From IMG/VR virus record IMGVR_UViG_3300033076_000602, positions 1 through 36,042 of that record: 36,042 nt of DNA; one strand, written 5' to 3'. Shown one piece after another: positions 32,331 through 36,042 of this stretch (position 1 is its first letter; each line of letters opens with the position of its first letter). The stretch comes from a virus. Lineage: Duplodnaviria > Caudoviricetes. Made by a program: the position numbers and the translations under genes. The notes beneath the pieces were generated by a model. The model saw only the letters and a list, made by a program, of their open reading frames with translations, did no database searches and was not told where the DNA came from.

Positions 32331-34367
32331 ATGGCCGTTACGATCACCCATTCTACGCCTGCCGACGGTACGTTTAGCGCAACAGGCGCGGCAGCTTGGG
32401 ACGCGACGCACACCGTGTCGGGTCTTGGCACGATGGCCGAGCAGAACGCCAACAACGTCAATATCACGGGTGGGTCGATCACGGGCGTAACGGGTGTTTT
32501 GTCCAGCCTGACCGTCAACTCAACGCCCACCTCCGGCGGCGCTGCCGGTCAGATCATGTTTGATACTGGCTCGGTGCTTCAGGAAAGCAGCAATCTTGTT
32601 TGGGACAATACCAACAAAACTTTGACGCTGACAGGGTACTCTCTGACAGGTTCATCCGCGCTTTCGCAACTTGATCTAAGCGGAACGTGGAACACGACAG
32701 GCACACCAACCGCTATCAAACTAACCATTACTGACACTGCGTCCAATGCGTCGTCGTTGTTGATGGATTTGCGAGTTGGGGCGTCAAGCATACTTAGTGT
32801 AAGAAAAAATGGGCAAACTGTTGTTTCTGGAACCAGCCGCACTACGTTTATAGGCGGCGGTTACAACGGCGTGCTTACCGGAAACTCAGGAGTAGGGTAT
32901 GCTATTGATGGTCTGATCGCAGGGACCGGCGGCGTCGCGTTTGCTTCAACAAGCGCAGACAGCCGCGATGTTTTTCTTACCCGCCGAGGAGCCGCTAACC
33001 TCCGCTTCGGCGCAGCAGACGCAGCCGCCCCTGTCGCACAAACACTCTCTGTCCAATCTGTCGTTGCTGGTACGTCCAATACAGCGGGTGCAAACCTTAC
33101 CATCACAGGATCGCAGGGGACGGGAACTGGTGCTGGCGGAAGCATTATCTTTCAGACTGCGCCAGCAGGCAGTTCTGGTACGGCACAGAATGCGTTGACG
33201 ACTGCTCTGACAATTAGCAACACGCAGCAACTTCAAGTTGCAGATGGATCAAATACGGCTCCGCCATATTCGTTTTCTGGCCGTCCGGGTATGGGTTTTT
33301 ATCGCAGCGGAGCAGTAACAGTTTTTGCTGACTCTAGTGCAGATATTTGGTGGACCGGCGCGTCAAATATAACCATGCGCAGCAACGGCGTATTTCAATT
33401 TTCTTCTGGAACTGTGGTTGGAACTTCAGGGGATACTATTTTACGCCGCCGCGCCGCCGCCAACTTTGCATTAGGCGCAGCAGACGCAGCCGCTCCTGTC
33501 GCACAAACGCTCTCTGTCCAGTCGGTCGTCGCGGGGACATCCAACACGGCGGGTGCGAACCTGACGATCACAGGGTCTCAGGGCACGGGCACAGGCGCGG
33601 GCGGAAGCATTATCTTCCAAGTGGCTCCTGCGGGGACAACTGGAACTGCTCAGAATGCGCTTTCTGACGCTTTTCATATTTTTCCATCTTCAACCAAAAC
33701 GGCTGCTGCTGTTGTAAATGCAGCCACTACAACAGTGGCGTTAGGCGTATCAGTTTCCTCTACACCAGTAAGTAACTGCGGATTTATTATAGGTGATGGA
33801 AATACATTTGGTTTAGCTTGTAACAACAACCAAACTATTGTCAGAATACGAAACACCAATGTTGATGCGACGGCAGGCGGCATAGATGTTTGGGGTAGAA
33901 TCGGTATATCCACAAGCAGCAATGGTGTTGCTGATGCGTTTTTTACCCGCCGAGGAGCCGCCAACCTTCGTTTCGGCGCGGCAGACGCAGCCGCTCCTGT
34001 CGCACAGACGCTCTCTGTCCAGTCGGTCGTCGCCGGAACGTCCAACACGGCTGGTGCGAACCTGACGATTACTGGCTCACAAGGCACTGGCACGGGCGCG
34101 GGTGGGGATATCATCTTCCAAACCGCAGACGTCGGCGCGTCAGGCACAGCACAAAACACACTCGTTACAGCCTTGCGTATTTACAGCAATCAAACAGTTG
34201 CTGTAGGTAAAGCATATACTGTTGCAACGCTTCCTGCTGCTGGAACCCAAGGCCGTCGGGCATGGGTTACGGATGCAACAGCGCCTACATTCTTGGGCGC
34301 GTTAATAGGCGGCGGCGCAGTCGTATGCCCAGTATTTGACAACGGCACAGCATGGGTTGCTGGCTAA
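32331..34367 (+). CDS. Fibre-like virion protein with three internal repeats
   Basis: 678 aa rich in Gly/Ala/Thr/Ser; three copies of a roughly 60-aa repeat; C-terminal YTVATLPAA...CPVFDNGTAW cap. Confidence 0.7.
   Translation: MAVTITHSTPADGTFSATGAAAWDATHTVSGLGTMAEQNANNVNITGGSITGVTGVLSSLTVNSTPTSGGAAGQIMFDTGSVLQESSNLVWDNTNKTLTLTGYSLTGSSALSQLDLSGTWNTTGTPTAIKLTITDTASNASSLLMDLRVGASSILSVRKNGQTVVSGTSRTTFIGGGYNGVLTGNSGVGYAIDGLIAGTGGVAFASTSADSRDVFLTRRGAANLRFGAADAAAPVAQTLSVQSVVAGTSNTAGANLTITGSQGTGTGAGGSIIFQTAPAGSSGTAQNALTTALTISNTQQLQVADGSNTAPPYSFSGRPGMGFYRSGAVTVFADSSADIWWTGASNITMRSNGVFQFSSGTVVGTSGDTILRRRAAANFALGAADAAAPVAQTLSVQSVVAGTSNTAGANLTITGSQGTGTGAGGSIIFQVAPAGTTGTAQNALSDAFHIFPSSTKTAAAVVNAATTTVALGVSVSSTPVSNCGFIIGDGNTFGLACNNNQTIVRIRNTNVDATAGGIDVWGRIGISTSSNGVADAFFTRRGAANLRFGAADAAAPVAQTLSVQSVVAGTSNTAGANLTITGSQGTGTGAGGDIIFQTADVGASGTAQNTLVTALRIYSNQTVAVGKAYTVATLPAAGTQGRRAWVTDATAPTFLGALIGGGAVVCPVFDNGTAWVAG
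32977..34121 (+). repeat. Three intragenic repeats of about 180 bp
   Basis: Copies at about 32977-33155, 33444-33620 and 33943-34121 encoding RRxAANxxxGAADAAAPVAQTLSVQSVVAGTSNTAGANLTITGSQGTGTGAGGxIIFQ. Confidence 0.9.
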
Positions 34368-34387
34368 ACTTAAGGGGAGAACTAAAC

Positions 34388-34579
34388 ATGGAACCGAAAT
34401 TGACGATTGAACTTTCTGCATCAGAAATCCAGAACCTCGGCATTTTGCTTGACGCAGCCGTTAAGGCGACGGGTATTCAGGGCGGCAAGATCGCCGTTCC
34501 GATCATTGAAAAACTGGAAGCGGTTGTTGCAGCGCACAATGCAGCAAACGCACCTGTAGAAAACAAGGAAGCAGCATAA
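34388..34579 (+). CDS. Small protein, possible fibre assembly chaperone
   Basis: 63 aa, SD AAGGGGAG, follows the fibre gene. Confidence 0.55.
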   Translation: MEPKLTIELSASEIQNLGILLDAAVKATGIQGGKIAVPIIEKLEAVVAAHNAANAPVENKEAA

Positions 34580-34932
34580 TGGCAAACTATTACGCATGGG
34601 CGGTCAACCAAATGACCGCCTACCCTGAGTTTGAAGGCGAAACCGACGTTGTATTTCAGGTCGCTTGGGTTTGTTCGGCCACAGACGGCAACGGTCACAA
34701 TGCTGCAACCTACGGTACGGTTGACGTGACCTACGAGGCCGGTACGCCGTTCACACCCTACAACGAATTGACCCTTGAGCAGGTCTTGGGGTGGGTTTTT
34801 GCGGCGCTCGGGCCGGAAGGTGTGGCAAAGGCCGAGGCAGACTGTGATGAGCAGATTGCCAAACAACTTGAGCCCGCGCCGATCAACCCACCGCTGCCGT
34901 GGAACCAGCCAGCGCCTGCGCCTGCTGCCTGA
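34579..34932 (+). CDS. Fibre-associated protein
   Basis: DVVFQVAW...ATDG...YG...FTPY.ELT.EQVLGWV...LPW pattern seen in small proteins next to phage fibre genes. Confidence 0.65.
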   Translation: MANYYAWAVNQMTAYPEFEGETDVVFQVAWVCSATDGNGHNAATYGTVDVTYEAGTPFTPYNELTLEQVLGWVFAALGPEGVAKAEADCDEQIAKQLEPAPINPPLPWNQPAPAPAA

Positions 34933-34943
34933 AAGGTTGCCAA

Positions 34944-35072
34944 ATGAACTTCTTTGGTGGTATGTTCTTCGGCGGTGGGTTTTTCGGTGCGATTGTGACA
35001 GGCATCCAAGAGGTCTTTGTTGAAATCCGCACTTTCGCAACGTCGTTTACGCAAAGCAGGAGAATGAGCTGA
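34944..35072 (+). CDS. Candidate 42-aa protein with FFG(G) repeats (not in the ORF track)
   Basis: MNFFGGMFFGGGFFGAIVTGIQEVFVEIRTFATSFTQSRRMS*, SD AAAGGT, TGATG-coupled to the next gene. Confidence 0.6.
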   Translation: MNFFGGMFFGGGFFGAIVTGIQEVFVEIRTFATSFTQSRRMS

Positions 35073-35377
35073 TGTCGCTTAACCTCAAGGCCATTACGAC
35101 CCGTCTTGGGTATCAGCAGATCACAACTTTGTCTTCTGCTACAAGTTTGAATGTCCCCGACAAAGACGTGCAGGGCTTGAGCTGCAAGCCTTCCATTGCG
35201 CTGATTACGCCAGAAGGCCAAGCTGTTCGCTGGCGCGATGACGGTGTTGCTCCGACAGCCACTGTCGGTATGCCTCTCGCAGTCGGCGTAACGCTTCAGT
35301 ATGACGGCGACCTGACCAAAATCCAGTTTATCGAGCAGGTCGGCGGCGCTAAGATCAACATCTCCTATTACGCGTAA
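35072..35377 (+). CDS. Hypothetical small beta-rich virion protein
   Basis: 101 aa, VRWRDDGVAPTATVGMPL motif, SD AGGAG. Confidence 0.65.
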   Translation: MSLNLKAITTRLGYQQITTLSSATSLNVPDKDVQGLSCKPSIALITPEGQAVRWRDDGVAPTATVGMPLAVGVTLQYDGDLTKIQFIEQVGGAKINISYYA

Positions 35378-35386
35378 GAGGCGGCA

Positions 35387-35899
35387 ATGAACATTTCCAA
35401 TGATGGCAGCGGCGGCGTCGATTACGTCACCTACTTTACCAAGCAATTCCCGAAAGACTTGGCTGCTATGGCCTCGCTTCGCGACGAGCTTGAAAAGCGC
35501 CAAGGCGCGCTGACAGCGGTCGATGACGCCAACCAGCTCCGCAAGGACGCCGAGGTCATCAAGGCAAAGGCGATTGCGGAAGCCGAGTCGGCCACCGCAG
35601 CCGCAAAACAATATCTTGAAGATGCAAAAGCCAAGAACGACGATGTAAACGCCCGTCTGGCCGAGCTGACAGCCGGTGAGAGCGCGCTTGCCCGCGCAAA
35701 AGCCGACTACGAAGCCAACCGTGCGGTTGACGAGAAGTCGCTTGCAGAACGTATTAAAGCCGCAGCAACGAAAGAGGCGCAGTTGGCCACCCGCGAAGAC
35801 GCGGTAGCCAAGGCCGAAGCCAAGCTGAAGGCCGATCAGGATTCACTCGACGCTCGTATCAAGGCGTTCCAAGCCAAGGTCGCAGCATTGAGTGCATAA
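35387..35899 (+). CDS. Coiled-coil protein
   Basis: 170 aa, Ala/Glu/Lys-rich heptads, SD GAGG. Confidence 0.65.
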   Translation: MNISNDGSGGVDYVTYFTKQFPKDLAAMASLRDELEKRQGALTAVDDANQLRKDAEVIKAKAIAEAESATAAAKQYLEDAKAKNDDVNARLAELTAGESALARAKADYEANRAVDEKSLAERIKAAATKEAQLATREDAVAKAEAKLKADQDSLDARIKAFQAKVAALSA

Positions 35900-35938
35900 C
35901 CGTACTAGTCCGGCAGACTAGGTAAAAAGGACTAAACA

Positions 35939-36042
35939 ATGTCTGATGAAGATGTGTTAGCGGGCCAGCCCGCGCCAGAGCCGGAAGCGACGTCCGCACC
36001 GGCCCCTGAAGTTACAGAGACGGAAGACAAGCCGGTCAAGAC
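35939..36042 (+). CDS. Probable scaffolding protein, N-terminus (3' partial)
   Basis: MSDEDVLAGQPAPEPEATSAPAPEVTETEDKPVK..., acidic and Pro-rich, SD AAAGGA, preceded by a small hairpin (CTAGTC/GACTAG). It would precede the coat gene in a circular genome. Confidence 0.6.
   Translation, partial: MSDEDVLAGQPAPEPEATSAPAPEVTETEDKPVK

Noticed and set aside
32977-34121. Diversity-generating retroelement template/variable repeat pair
   Set aside because: No reverse transcriptase, all copies are in frame in one gene, and differences are synonymous rather than adenine-specific.
1-36042. Prophage or temperate lifestyle, tRNA genes
   Set aside because: No integrase, repressor, host genes or cloverleaf sequences were recognised by eye.

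Overview
Nearly complete genome of a tailed dsDNA phage with a P22-like (podovirus) virion module and a PolA/SNF2/VRR-NUC/DUF2800/primase replication module. The window opens in the last 48 codons of the major capsid gene and closes in the first codons of a probable scaffold gene, so it looks like a circularly permuted genome missing only the scaffold-coat stretch. Order: coat end, head accessory genes, gp4-like and gp10-like proteins, tail and ejection genes, lysis genes, divergent replication genes, a leftward cluster of small early genes, a non-coding repeat-rich region, TerS, TerL, portal, repeat-containing fibre, scaffold. I found no integrase, repressor, RNA polymerase, tRNA or CRISPR array. 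The main finding is a class 1 intein in the DNA polymerase (17199-17972) whose HNH homing endonuclease is not fused in frame. It is a separate gene nested in the +1 frame (17419-17961) with its own SD and ATG, so 543 nt are coded twice on the same strand. Other candidates: a pseudoknot-capable structured RNA just upstream of the polymerase, a repeated TGCTA-N9-TTGCA operator over early promoters, two coupled transmembrane microproteins, and a DnaA domain IV-like gene containing GATC repeats. All family assignments come from motif recognition by eye and have not been checked against databases.
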